A DNA stretch of 64,000 nucleotides. Origin: an uncultured Gemmatimonadales bacterium. GTDB taxonomy: Bacteria; Gemmatimonadota; Gemmatimonadetes; Gemmatimonadales; Gemmatimonadaceae. The first letter of the stretch is position 1. Every line of letters starts with the position of its first letter. A program made the position numbers and the translations under genes. The notes beneath the pieces are model-generated. The model was given only the letters and a program-made list of their open reading frames with translations. It searched no databases and was not told where the DNA came from. Shown piece by piece: positions 55,901 to 64,000 of this stretch. The DNA is taken from contig CAWKMU010000003.1 of NCBI GenBank assembly GCA_963850905.1, forward strand, positions 3,552,001 through 3,616,000, read 5' to 3'.

Positions 55901-56038
55901 AGTGGTATCCGCGATATCCGGATACGCCTCGAGCGCGAGCTGGAACCACGAGTAGATGCCCGTTCCCGCGATCAAGGCAAAGATGACGACCATGAGCCAG
56001 CGCCGGTCGAGGCACCAGCTGACGACGTAGTCGATCAT
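52952..56038 (-). CDS. CusA/CzcA-family heavy-metal RND permease (two compensating frameshifts near 54600 and 54140)
   Basis: EAYPD, GAIDFGIIVDGSVVMVE, GFIALFGVAVQNG, RLRPVLMTA; the true middle segment (FLPYLDEGSIW) lies in ORF 54082..54597. Confidence 0.93.
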   Translation of the reverse strand: MIDYVVSWCLDRRWLMVVIFALIAGTGIYSWFQLALEAYPDIADTTAQVVSQYPGHAAEEMEQQVTMPLERELAGTPGLVVMRSRTTYALSLITLVFKDGTDDYWARQRINERIQNVTLPPGVTPGLDPISSPIGEIYRYTLQSTQRGPRELKDLQDWVVYPALKQIAGVADVTLFGGETVSFQLVVDPAALAKYGLALRDVEAAITNNNANAGGSILVTGEQGVVVRGIGLLTSLDDLGNVVVTQKSGVPIFLKDLGLIHLGALQREGMVGMDSASDVVTGIVLLLRGSNPSPVLAAIHAKVDQLNGSGLLPPDVKVVPYLDRTTLINTTIHTIRRTLLEGLALVTIVVLLFVGSVRGALLIALTIPLSLLFAFVCMHFTNIPANLLSLGAIDFGIIVDGSVVMVETILRRHESHPDSEMTEVEARTAALQVARPIFFATTIIILGYLPLFAFQRVERKLFTPMAFTVGYALVGALLTSHVAHARAGVRPVSQAGEGVSEPGARAHHPVLPPTARNRRAPPARGDHPRGSGCRARDRALCGVGARLPPVPGRGVDLAPGRNAARDLVGKGERDGCAAPWRGADIPGGRVRRHAARPQRGRHRSLDSVAHRGGGRAQTLQRVGRRQTGAHPTGWTPASIEMPGFNVSFSQPMIDGVEDMIAGAHSELVVRVLGDDFHETRRIAEQVQDLLAKIPGAADPSIDQEPPLPQLQIVVDRAAAARYGINVSDIADLIQTAIGGQALSQVFLGARRYDVTVRFADYSRNSPTAIGDLQLVSAGGVRIPLSQVATIRQGSGESTITHEMGRRHVTVKLDLRGRDLSTFIDEAKSRIEREVPYDHQRYSIEWGGQFENQQRAQARLMVIVPAALALIFVLLYAQFGDLAHAGIILLNVPLALLGGVIALHLRGMTLNVSSAVGFIALFGVAVQNGVIMVANLNRWRSITGVWLADAVIEGAEERLRPVLMTASVATLGLMPAALARGVGSDVQRPLATVIVGGLITATLLTLIVLPALYVALETRRANRRKAAVE

Positions 56039-57192
56039 TGCAGGAGGACCACCTGGTGCGTCACGATGCGCTGCCCGCCTGACAGGCCCTCACGCACGAC
56101 CGCGCGTCCGTTTGTGAGCTCCCCGATGACGACCGCGCGACGCTCCAGCGTCCACGGTTTCGTCTCGACGAACACGTAATTGGAGTCGCGGACCTGGAGC
56201 AGTGATGTCGCCGGCACGACGACAGTGGGCACTGGCCGCCCGGAAAAGGTGACCGTGCCGTACATCCCGGGCTTGAGCCGGTCACCGGGGTTTCGGAACG
56301 TGATGCGCACCTGGGTCATCCGCGTCCCGGTATCGACGACCGCACCGACCTGCGCGACGGTCCCGCGAAGCGTGTCGGTGGGATACGCCGCGAGCACGGC
56401 ATTGGCACGATCACCGACACGGACAGCGTGCACATCCTTTTCCGACACATTCGCGCTGAGCCACACCGTCGCAAGATCCGCGACCGTCATGACCGGAACG
56501 GTCGGGTCATTGTGGAACTGGCCGACGCCCACCGACAGGTCGGTGACGCGGCCCGCAATCGGCGATCGAATGATCAGCGCTTGATCCGTGCGGGCGGTGC
56601 CCGTGTCGATGCCCAGCAGGGTGAGGTGGGCGACCGCGCGATGTAGATCGCCGTCCGCCTGTGCGTAATCCGTCTCCGCCTGCTCGACGTCGCGCGTCGC
56701 CGCGATGCCGTAGCTCGCGAGGTCCCGCTCACGCGCCAGATTGTTCTTGGCCTGTCGGTACGCGGCCGCCGCGTGCGCGAGATCCGCTTGCGCGGACGTA
56801 AAATCCGGCGCGTCCAGCGTGATCAGCGGGTCGCCGCGATGCACCTCGTCGCCCGGCTGGGCGTGCACCGCCACAACTCGGCCCGTCATCGGGGGAAAGA
56901 GCCGCACGGTGCGGTCCGGCACCGTCTCGACCGACGCCGTCGCCGTGATCGTGCTGCTGATCGGCAACGTGCGCGTCGTGTCGAACGTGAGCTCCGAGCG
57001 CAACGCAGACCCTTCCGGGATCGTGACCTGGCCGTTGCTCCCAGTCACCATCGCCGGCACGGCCGGCGCCGGGGCGGAGCCGCGGCACCCGGCGACCGCC
57101 CCGATGGCCAGGACCAGACTCGCGACGCTCGTCGCGCGGGCCGCGAATGACCCACGCCGCCGGGGCTCACCGTCACTCGATTGCCTCTGCAT
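56035..57192 (-). CDS. RND efflux periplasmic adaptor (CzcB-like), predicted lipoprotein
   Basis: VAGC lipobox, IRSPIAG, VADLATVW, LKPGMYG, GL..GQRIV. Confidence 0.9.
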   Translation of the reverse strand: MQRQSSDGEPRRRGSFAARATSVASLVLAIGAVAGCRGSAPAPAVPAMVTGSNGQVTIPEGSALRSELTFDTTRTLPISSTITATASVETVPDRTVRLFPPMTGRVVAVHAQPGDEVHRGDPLITLDAPDFTSAQADLAHAAAAYRQAKNNLARERDLASYGIAATRDVEQAETDYAQADGDLHRAVAHLTLLGIDTGTARTDQALIIRSPIAGRVTDLSVGVGQFHNDPTVPVMTVADLATVWLSANVSEKDVHAVRVGDRANAVLAAYPTDTLRGTVAQVGAVVDTGTRMTQVRITFRNPGDRLKPGMYGTVTFSGRPVPTVVVPATSLLQVRDSNYVFVETKPWTLERRAVVIGELTNGRAVVREGLSGGQRIVTHQVVLLQ

Positions 57193-57213
57193 GGTGCCCC
57201 TCCCTGTCTTGCT

Positions 57214-57234
57214 TGACCCCTGACCCCTGACCCC
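57214..57234 (+). repeat. Heptamer tandem repeat (TGACCCC)x3
   Basis: Read directly; lies just upstream of the adaptor gene start. Confidence 0.8.
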
Positions 57235-57291
57235 GCCGCTCAGCCACACACTGATGCGCCGACGCACTCGGACTCGCTCCCGGGGGGATAA

Positions 57292-57461
57292 ACTATACCC
57301 ACCTACCCTATTCCGGACTGCGCCACCAGAATAGCGTACCTAGGTATCCACTGTCAACGTCCGCTACAATGCCCCGAGTGTACCAACCACGTATCAGCCT
57401 GGATACCCGACCAGGCGGCTGGGATCCTGGTACTGGCGCGACTACCCTGGGGGGCTATAGT
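57292..57461. promoter_or_regulatory. Divergent promoters with three putative RcnR/CsoR-family operators
   Basis: 17-mers ATAGGGTAGGTGGGTAT (minus, 57295-57311), ATAGCGTACCTAGGTAT (plus, 57331-57347) and ATAGCCCCCCAGGGTAG (minus, 57442-57458); TATAGT -10 hexamers at 57292-57297 (minus) and 57456-57461 (plus). Confidence 0.62.
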
Positions 57462-57610
57462 ATACGCTCTCTCGACGAGTGTGGTGCCCGGCGCGCCCGG
57501 CTGGACGGCCGCGGACCATGGAGCAGACCCGAGCGGTGAGGGATCGGCCAGTGACCCATCTGAAAGGATTGACCTCGAGCGGGCCCGGCGTGGAGCCGGC
57601 GGGTCGCGGT

Positions 57611-57889
57611 GTGCGGCACACCGTGCGAGAGAAGCAGAAGCTCGTCAATCGGGTCAAGCGCATCCGCGGCCAGGTGGCGGCGGTCGAGGAGCTCCTGGAG
57701 GGCGAGGCCGACTGTGAGCGCGCCATTCATACGCTCGCGGCATGTCGCGGGGCGATCAGCTCCCTCATGGCTGAGATCCTGGAAGACCACATCCGGTACC
57801 ATGTCATCGACCCTGCATCCGACCGCGATTCGCACGAGCGTCAGGCCGCCGAACAGCTCGTCGATATCGTGAAGAGCTATCTGAAGTAA
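57611..57889 (+). CDS. rcnR: RcnR/CsoR-family metal-sensing repressor
   Basis: From GTG 57611: MRHTVREKQKL..RVKRIRGQV...C35...H60...H64, matching the RcnR His3/Cys35/His60/His64 fingerprint. Confidence 0.85.
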   Translation: MRHTVREKQKLVNRVKRIRGQVAAVEELLEGEADCERAIHTLAACRGAISSLMAEILEDHIRYHVIDPASDRDSHERQAAEQLVDIVKSYLK

Positions 57890-57930
57890 CCGTTTCGCGG
57901 GGCCTTCTCCGCGGGCCTGCCCACGGACCG

Positions 57931-57956
57931 GTAGGGGCGACGCATTGCGTCGCCCT
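57931..57956 (+). repeat. GTAG-type REP element
   Basis: GTAG-GGGCGACGCA-T-TGCGTCGCCC, between convergent genes. Confidence 0.75.
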
Positions 57957-57974
57957 CTTTGCCACGCAGAGAAC

Positions 57975-58457
57975 TCAGACGTGCGGATTGCCCTCCGCGC
58001 GCCGAAGCGGCGCGGTCACCACGAGACCGGTGAGGAGACCAAGGGCGATCGCCGTCGTGGTGATCACCACCACGCCGAAGTCCGCGGCCAGCTGAAGCGT
58101 GGGCTGCGTGAGCGCCGAACCCTTGAGCGTCGCAAGGGCGACCACATTTTCGATCAGATCGAACAAGGCGACAGCCGCGCCGAGTGGCAGGACACCCGTG
58201 ACCAGTGCGATCATTGACAGGCTGGGCTGCCGGCGGACCACGATGGCGGCAACGACGACGCACGACGCGGCGGCCGCGGCTACCGCGACCGCAAGGCTGA
58301 CACCGCTCCCGATCAGCAGATCGCGCACGAGCCTGGCGGCAAAGCCGCAGATAAAGCTTGGAGCGAGCGCCTTTGGAAGGGTCGTGAGCCCGACGCCGAG
58401 GGCGGCAGCGAACACCCCTGCCCAGATGCTGTCCGGCAGCACGCTGCGAATGTCCAT
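57975..58457 (-). CDS. Threonine/serine exporter family small subunit (ThrE_2/YjjB-like)
   Basis: 160 aa, about 5 TM helices; paired with the upstream ThrE-like gene. Confidence 0.68.
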   Translation of the reverse strand: MDIRSVLPDSIWAGVFAAALGVGLTTLPKALAPSFICGFAARLVRDLLIGSGVSLAVAVAAAAASCVVVAAIVVRRQPSLSMIALVTGVLPLGAAVALFDLIENVVALATLKGSALTQPTLQLAADFGVVVITTTAIALGLLTGLVVTAPLRRAEGNPHV

Positions 58458-58462
58458 ACTGG

Positions 58463-59209
58463 CTATCGTCCTGCGACCGCGGCGCCGATCGCGATTCCAG
58501 TCGCGAGCATGCCGGCGATCAGGAGCGCGTAGGCGATACGCTGGGCCCCGGCCGCCATGTATTTCGGCGACGTCACGTCAATGAAGCCGTTGACCAATGC
58601 AAGTCCCGGTATCATGTACACGACCGACGCGACGAGCGTCGCGGGCTCGATCGTGCTCAGATGCGTCCGCAATCCCCACGCGGCGATGAACGCGGAGAGC
58701 GCCGCGCAGGCGACCGTTATCGTGCCGCTGGAGCGACGGGTCCGCTGCAGGAGTGAGCGCACCGTCTGCCCGATCCCGCCGGCCACGCCGCAGATCGCGA
58801 CGCTTCCCCAGTCGCCGCCGGCCAGGCGGGCAAATGACCCCGCCGTCACGGCGGATGCCACGGCTGCGACCGCGAGCCCATACGGCGGTCGTAGCGCCCG
58901 GATGCGCACCAACTCGGCATCGATGACCGTTCCATCGACCTCACCGCTGCCGATGCGATCCGCCAGCGCGGCCGCCTCCGAGACGCGGACCAGGTTGGCA
59001 CCGGGCGGGGCTAAGTGGCGAACGTAGATCGAGGACTGCCCGTCAACGACCGCCGTGGCAATGACGACATCCGTCCGCCAAAACGCGGTGACGGATGTCG
59101 CCCCTAGTCCCGTGGCGGCGGTGGTGAATGCACGATCGGCACTCAACGTACTGCCGCCATTCTCTACGATGATCAACGAAACGTCGAGCGCGACCTGGAT
59201 CGGGCGCAC
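58463..59209 (-). CDS. Threonine/serine exporter family large subunit (ThrE/YjjP-like), start uncertain
   Basis: Soluble N-domain (ENGGST, NLVRV), F..LAGGDW, YMIPGLALVNGFID. Confidence 0.78.
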   Translation of the reverse strand: MRPIQVALDVSLIIVENGGSTLSADRAFTTAATGLGATSVTAFWRTDVVIATAVVDGQSSIYVRHLAPPGANLVRVSEAAALADRIGSGEVDGTVIDAELVRIRALRPPYGLAVAAVASAVTAGSFARLAGGDWGSVAICGVAGGIGQTVRSLLQRTRRSSGTITVACAALSAFIAAWGLRTHLSTIEPATLVASVVYMIPGLALVNGFIDVTSPKYMAAGAQRIAYALLIAGMLATGIAIGAAVAGR

Positions 59210-59235
59210 GAACAGGCGACCCGGGTGTGGTCCGT

Positions 59236-60267
59236 CTACCTCCCCGGCACAAAGACGTTGACGTTCAACGCCTTCCCAATGTCCTGGATCGCCAGCTTCG
59301 CGCGCACGCTGTTGCCTGCGGCGTCGAGCCGGGGCGAGAACACGGCGATGCCGAACTTGCCGGGCGAGACCGCGATGATCCCGCCGCCCACGCCACTCTT
59401 GCCAGGCAGCCCGGTGTCGTACAGCCACTGCCCCGAATCATCGTAGAGTCCGGCCGTCGCCATGACCGAGAGCACGCGCGGGACGTAGTCGGTGTTCAGA
59501 ACACGCTTCTTGGTCATGGGGTTCACACCGCCGTTGGCGAGCGTCGCCGCCATCGTCGCCAGATCCTTCGCCGACACGTTGAGGGCGCACTGCCGCGTAT
59601 AGATGTCGGTCGCCGAAGACGGGTTCGAATAGAGACGGTCGTAGGCATACATCAGCTGTGCGATGGCCTGGTTGCGCTGGTTCGTCGCGGCCTCCGACTT
59701 GTACACCGGCTCATTGACCGTGAGGGGACGGCCGGCGAACGCACTCTGCGCAGCGACGATCTTGTCCCACCGGTCCTGATCACTGGTCGCCTTGACCATG
59801 CTCACCGTGGCGATCGCTCCCGCGTTGACGAGCGGGTTCATCTCCTTTCCTTTCTGCAACTCGATCGCAACGATCGAGTTGAATCGGAGCCCCGTCGCGT
59901 CCACGCCCAGCTTCTCCCTGACGGCGACAGGCCCCTGCTCCTGCATCACCTCCGCCATCGTGAAGACCTTGGAGATGGATTGGATCGAGAAGAGGCTGTC
60001 GACATCGCCCATTGCGTACACCTTGCCGTCGGTCGTGACAATGGCGACGCCAAACAGTTTCGGGTTGACCTTGGCGAGCTCGGGGATGTAATCGGCCACC
60101 GCGCCGCTGTCGACGCTCTTGTATTTCGCGTATGCCGCTTTCACCGCGGAATCGTACTGGGCCGGCGTCTGCGCACCGACCGGCAAAACCGGTGAGCTCA
60201 GCGCGAGGGCGGCGAGCAGTCCGCCGAACCCACGCGCGGAGGCTGCGTGTCCAGTCGCGTACCTCAT
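59236..60267 (-). CDS. glsA: Glutaminase A with N-terminal signal peptide
   Basis: G.VADYIPELA, FSIQSISK (SxxK), NPLVNAGAI, Y.RQC, GLYD.SG, PGKSGVGGG, GNSVR; leader ends LLAALALSSPVLPVGA-Q. Confidence 0.93.
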   Translation of the reverse strand: MRYATGHAASARGFGGLLAALALSSPVLPVGAQTPAQYDSAVKAAYAKYKSVDSGAVADYIPELAKVNPKLFGVAIVTTDGKVYAMGDVDSLFSIQSISKVFTMAEVMQEQGPVAVREKLGVDATGLRFNSIVAIELQKGKEMNPLVNAGAIATVSMVKATSDQDRWDKIVAAQSAFAGRPLTVNEPVYKSEAATNQRNQAIAQLMYAYDRLYSNPSSATDIYTRQCALNVSAKDLATMAATLANGGVNPMTKKRVLNTDYVPRVLSVMATAGLYDDSGQWLYDTGLPGKSGVGGGIIAVSPGKFGIAVFSPRLDAAGNSVRAKLAIQDIGKALNVNVFVPGR

Positions 60268-60273
60268 TGCTTG

Positions 60274-61506
60274 TCACCTCCAAACACGAATGCCATAGTT
60301 GAATTTGCCCGAGAACTGCAGGCGATAGTCATTGTACGTGTAGCCGTTACTCTTGTTCTGGCGTTGACCCCACTGGCCTTCGAGGCCCACCAGGAAGTCC
60401 TTCACCGGGGTGTAGAGGATGTTGGCGAGGGCGTATTGCCCGAGCCTGAAATCGCTCGGCAGTTGGCTCTCGGAGTTCTGGATGTTCACCTGCGAATAGC
60501 CGATGCTGCTCGTCCAGTGCTTGTTCCACGTATGGTCGTAGAACGCGACGAGTCCAAACACCGGCAACGGGACGCCGAGGAACGGCTGGAACGTGTTGCC
60601 CGGGTTCGTCTTGACGCCAATGTCGATCGGCGCGTCGTTCATGTAGTTCTCGACGGCTTTCCCGTACAGCGCCTGGAGCTTGAGCTGGCTTCCCGCGCTC
60701 CCCAGGTTGATGCGGCTGCTCAGGTTGACTCCCCAGCCCACGGTAGACCCGGACAGGTTTCGCGTCGACGTTGCCGCGAGATCATCCCAGTAGATGGGGC
60801 TCAACATTCCCGCGAGCTGGATGTACCACGTGGGGTGTCCCCACCGGTAATGCGCAGACAAATCGGGTGCCGGAAACCGTGCCGAGATGTTCGCAAGCTC
60901 GACCCGGTCCGCATATACACCAGCGTCGCCGGACGCGCCCGGGCGTTCGAGCGCAAACGCCAACTCCGATTCCCCGCGAATCGGCGACCACCGCAGCTGA
61001 ATGTTCCGAAAGAACGCCATCCCGTTCGGGACCCCACGCCTCCAGCGTATTCGGGAAGATGTCCAAGTCCATGAACAGGCTGTTCATTTGTCCGATGCCG
61101 AACGCGCCGAGCTCGCCATAGGCATACCGCAAGCGAATCTGCGTCTGCCCTGCCTGTGCTCCCACGCCGGTCATGTCGAATTCGAAACGTGCGAACAGCT
61201 CGCCCAGGGCTGTCGGCGTCGCGCCTTTGACGCCGAAGCGGGTTTGTCGAACACTCTCGTAAAAGTGACCGTTCTTGCCGAACTCGCCGTCAAATGCGGG
61301 AAGCTTCGTGGGCCGCATCATGTCGAACCAATTCGGGTCGTTCGTGCCGAAGTCGCCGATCATGTCGGTTTTGAATGAAGCCATAGATCGTGAACATAGG
61401 CTTTTTCGTCTTGGTCGTATCGTCCTGCGCGCGCGATCCTGCCGGCAGCCAGCACGGTCAGAACAGCGGCAAGCGATGTAGTCCAACGAACAAGTCGCAA
61501 GGTCAT
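60274..61506 (-). CDS. DcaP-like outer membrane channel (several frameshifts)
   Basis: GGAGG RBS plus ATG 61506 with a signal peptide; DPNWFD..RPTKLP, SVRQTRFG, RLRYAYGE, RNIQLRW, aromatic beta-strand C-terminus. Confidence 0.72.
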
Positions 61507-61538
61507 ATGTTCCTCCGAATGCGACATCAGTCAGCAAA

Positions 61539-62761
61539 TCATTGGTCGAACACGAGCCCGCCGCTGGCGCTCGCTGACTTCGCGCGCGCACGGTCCTGGC
61601 TCTCCCACGCGCGCACATCGCGGCGAGCCCTGTCGAAGAGCCGTTCGAAGTTCCCCATGCGTACCTTGAGGCTCGCCTCGGGTGTCAACTTCGCCCAAAG
61701 CGGTGCGTACTCGACGTAGACCCGGAGGTAGGTGGCCTGATCGGCAGGAGCGACTTCATCGGTGCCGAAGAGGAAACGGTCTGGAAACCGATTGATGAGC
61801 GCCGCCGTGTTGGCGAGCGACTGCGGTGTCGCCACGACGTACTTCGCGACTTCATCCCACGAAATGTCGAAGTAGAGATTGGGGAGCGACGAATCCTCGA
61901 GCAGCTCCGTGAGGATGCCGAGATGGTATGGGCTCCGCTCCGCCGGCGCGGCCGACGGCGACTCTGGGCGCGGCTGTACGATGCGGCCGAGGCCCGTGTG
62001 GGCCCAGATCAGCGTCGTTGTCGGATGCCGATGCAGGAGCGCCTTCATTTGCGTCAGGTACGCCGGCTCCGTGGCTGGCTTTGCGAAGGGCACGTCGATG
62101 TCGTTGTGTAGAATGACCACGAGCCCCGCCTGCGCGGCGAAAGCGAGGATGCTGTCCAGTGCAGGGTTCGTGAGGCTCGCCACTCCACCGGCGACCTTGG
62201 ACGACACGAATTCCTTGTGAATCGAAAACTCGCCGATGCCCTCGAACACGCCTGGGAACGTGCGGAGCACACGCCTGATGTGCTCCGTCGCATACATATC
62301 GGCGGGATTGAAGCCCGTGATCATGGGATCGAACCGCGCCTGCTGATCCCTCGTCAAGGACCGATACGCCATTGCGATGTACGCATCGGTGAACGAGTAG
62401 TAGTAGAGCGGTGCATCGGTCTGCAGGTAGTACGTCGGTGCGTACGTCCCTGAGTTACCGTACGACCACATTTGTTGCAGCGGAATGCCGAACAGGGCGA
62501 CCCGTCCCACCTTGTCGCCCATGATCTCGAGGAACCGGTGGATCTCGGTCCCACGCTGGACGTAGTTCGTCAGGTGGAAGTGGGAGTCGTTGAACTCGTA
62601 GCTGCCGGGCACCCGGGCGTCGGCCAATGCAGCCACAGCGTGGCGCATGGACACCGCACCGCCGTCATCACCGCGCCGAGCCCAAGGCCAATGGCCACGC
62701 GTCCACTACGCGCGATGGCCCGACTGTTCGGGTCCGGGGCCTTTGGATTACGCAAACGCAT
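61539..62761 (-). CDS. Amidohydrolase-family (TIM-barrel) metalloprotein, probably exported (5' frameshift)
   Basis: DSHFH, GIGEF, LHND, WAHTG, RFLFGTD; signal-like leader from ATG 62761 in another frame. Confidence 0.82.
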
Positions 62762-63240
62762 CGGCGGACATTGCGACGGCGTAGCCAGTGTGGCCGCGGC
62801 CGTCAGACACGAATAAGCTGCCCCGCACCAAGCCACTCACATCCGCGCGGCGCTAACGCCGAAATGGGCGACCTACCGTCGGCGGCGTCTCGATCCATAT
62901 GAACTGCGACCAACCATGCTCACCTGTCCTCGGCCCGAGCCATGCACAGGCCTCGGGGCGTTACCGACCATCGCTACAGCCGATCCTGGGCGACCGTTCG
63001 TCGCGCAAGGACCTGCTCTGTCTACGAGTTAAGACGGCGCGCGGCACCACGACAATCGTGACCAAGGTCTGAGGCATAGGCGCGCACCCGCAGGGTTGCC
63101 CAACCACGACGCGGCCCGCCACGAGGCGTCGACCTTTGGTCACCAGGACCAAAGTCTATAAAACGCGGGCTGACGTTCGCGGGCGTGGCGCTCGCCGCCA
63201 GTGACTACGCAACCAGCTGGTCGCCCCCCCGCTGTCGGCG

Positions 63241-63999
63241 TCAGAACGTCAGCGCAAGCCGCGTTTGGAAGAATTGCGTCGCGCCTTTCATCTCGAATCG
63301 GTCGAGCACCCCGTACCCGTAGGCGACCTCGACGCGCACGAGGCTCGAGAGATACCAGTTGACCATCGGCGTGATGCGCCAGAAGCTGCCGCCCGTCACG
63401 GTCTGGTTGTTCAGATTGCTGTAGGAAAAGCGGAGCAGCGCCTCGAACGCGCCAGTGCCACCGCGAAACACCGACTTGTCCGGCGTGATGCCCTTGAAGT
63501 AGCCCCCGGCCGTGTTGTACGGCCGAACCTCTCCGGTGATCAACCATGACGCGAAGATGTCGCCGCCGTTAAACAGCGGGTTGTGCGTCTGTGGCGAGCT
63601 CACCTTCATCAGATAGTACTCCGATCCGAACAGCCACGACCCCGGCCGGAGGTACGCCTCGAGCCCTAGATTCTGCGTATTCGTCGCGGGGAACTCGCCG
63701 GTGTCGAGGAAGTACGGTGCCGGAAAGGCCTCAGGCCTGGATCGCAATCGGAGCGAGTCGCCATGCACCTTGGCGATACTCCCGTCGATGCCGATATTGA
63801 GCACCGTTCCGGTGGTCGCCGAGACCAGGGGTACCCATACCAGGCGCGCCGTGAACTGATTGTCGTACCAACCGAAGCTCTGCCCATTGGTGGTGAGCGC
63901 GCCCGTAAACCACCCGAGGTTCCAGATGAGGTGGCGGTCGGGCAGGTAGCCAAGCCACTTGATGCCGTCGGCCAGGAGCGGGATGGTCGCGTCCGAGAA
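63241..63999 (-). CDS. OprO/OprP-like porin, C-terminal part
   Basis: Open from the window edge; LRLRSRPE, SWLITGE.RPYN, VNWYL, terminal Phe. Confidence 0.78.
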   Translation of the reverse strand, partial: FSDATIPLLADGIKWLGYLPDRHLIWNLGWFTGALTTNGQSFGWYDNQFTARLVWVPLVSATTGTVLNIGIDGSIAKVHGDSLRLRSRPEAFPAPYFLDTGEFPATNTQNLGLEAYLRPGSWLFGSEYYLMKVSSPQTHNPLFNGGDIFASWLITGEVRPYNTAGGYFKGITPDKSVFRGGTGAFEALLRFSYSNLNNQTVTGGSFWRITPMVNWYLSSLVRVEVAYGYGVLDRFEMKGATQFFQTRLALTF

Positions 64000-64000
64000 C

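Noticed and set aside
59615..59635. GGTTCGAAT tRNA T-loop-like motif
   Set aside because: Lies inside glsA coding sequence with no cloverleaf around it.

Overview
GC-rich bacterial chromosomal segment. Gene content and order resemble Gemmatimonadota, but this is an inference and no search was run. Roughly 1-50 kb is housekeeping: the trp genes split by an oppositely oriented lexA; truA, a transaldolase-like gene and htrA; a pur cluster (purB, C, S, Q, L, F) with psd-pssA embedded; ppdK; a long minus-strand run thrS - thiolase - hbd - acyl-CoA dehydrogenase - glyA - Minf_1886-like - Zn ribbon - nnr - thiL - plsC - eno - ftsB; and valS - Ig-like lipoprotein - selA - gmhB - purN - tandem M42 peptidase - purH - DUF2723. 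Roughly 50-64 kb is accessory: an RcnR-type repressor divergent from a heavy-metal RND pump with a His-rich miniprotein beside it, and a porin - amidohydrolase - DcaP porin - signal-peptide glutaminase - ThrE pair cluster. Many genes, including valS, carry single-base frameshifts, most likely long-read assembly errors. No rRNA, tRNA, CRISPR array or transposase was seen. Best candidates for new biology: (1) lexA inserted antisense inside the trp genes, with tandem NTTC-N7-GTTC boxes; (2) an exported-glutaminase/porin/ThrE module; (3) a transaldolase pseudoenzyme; (4) a secreted M42 peptidase with one dead and one intact half; (5) RcnR control of an RND pump.
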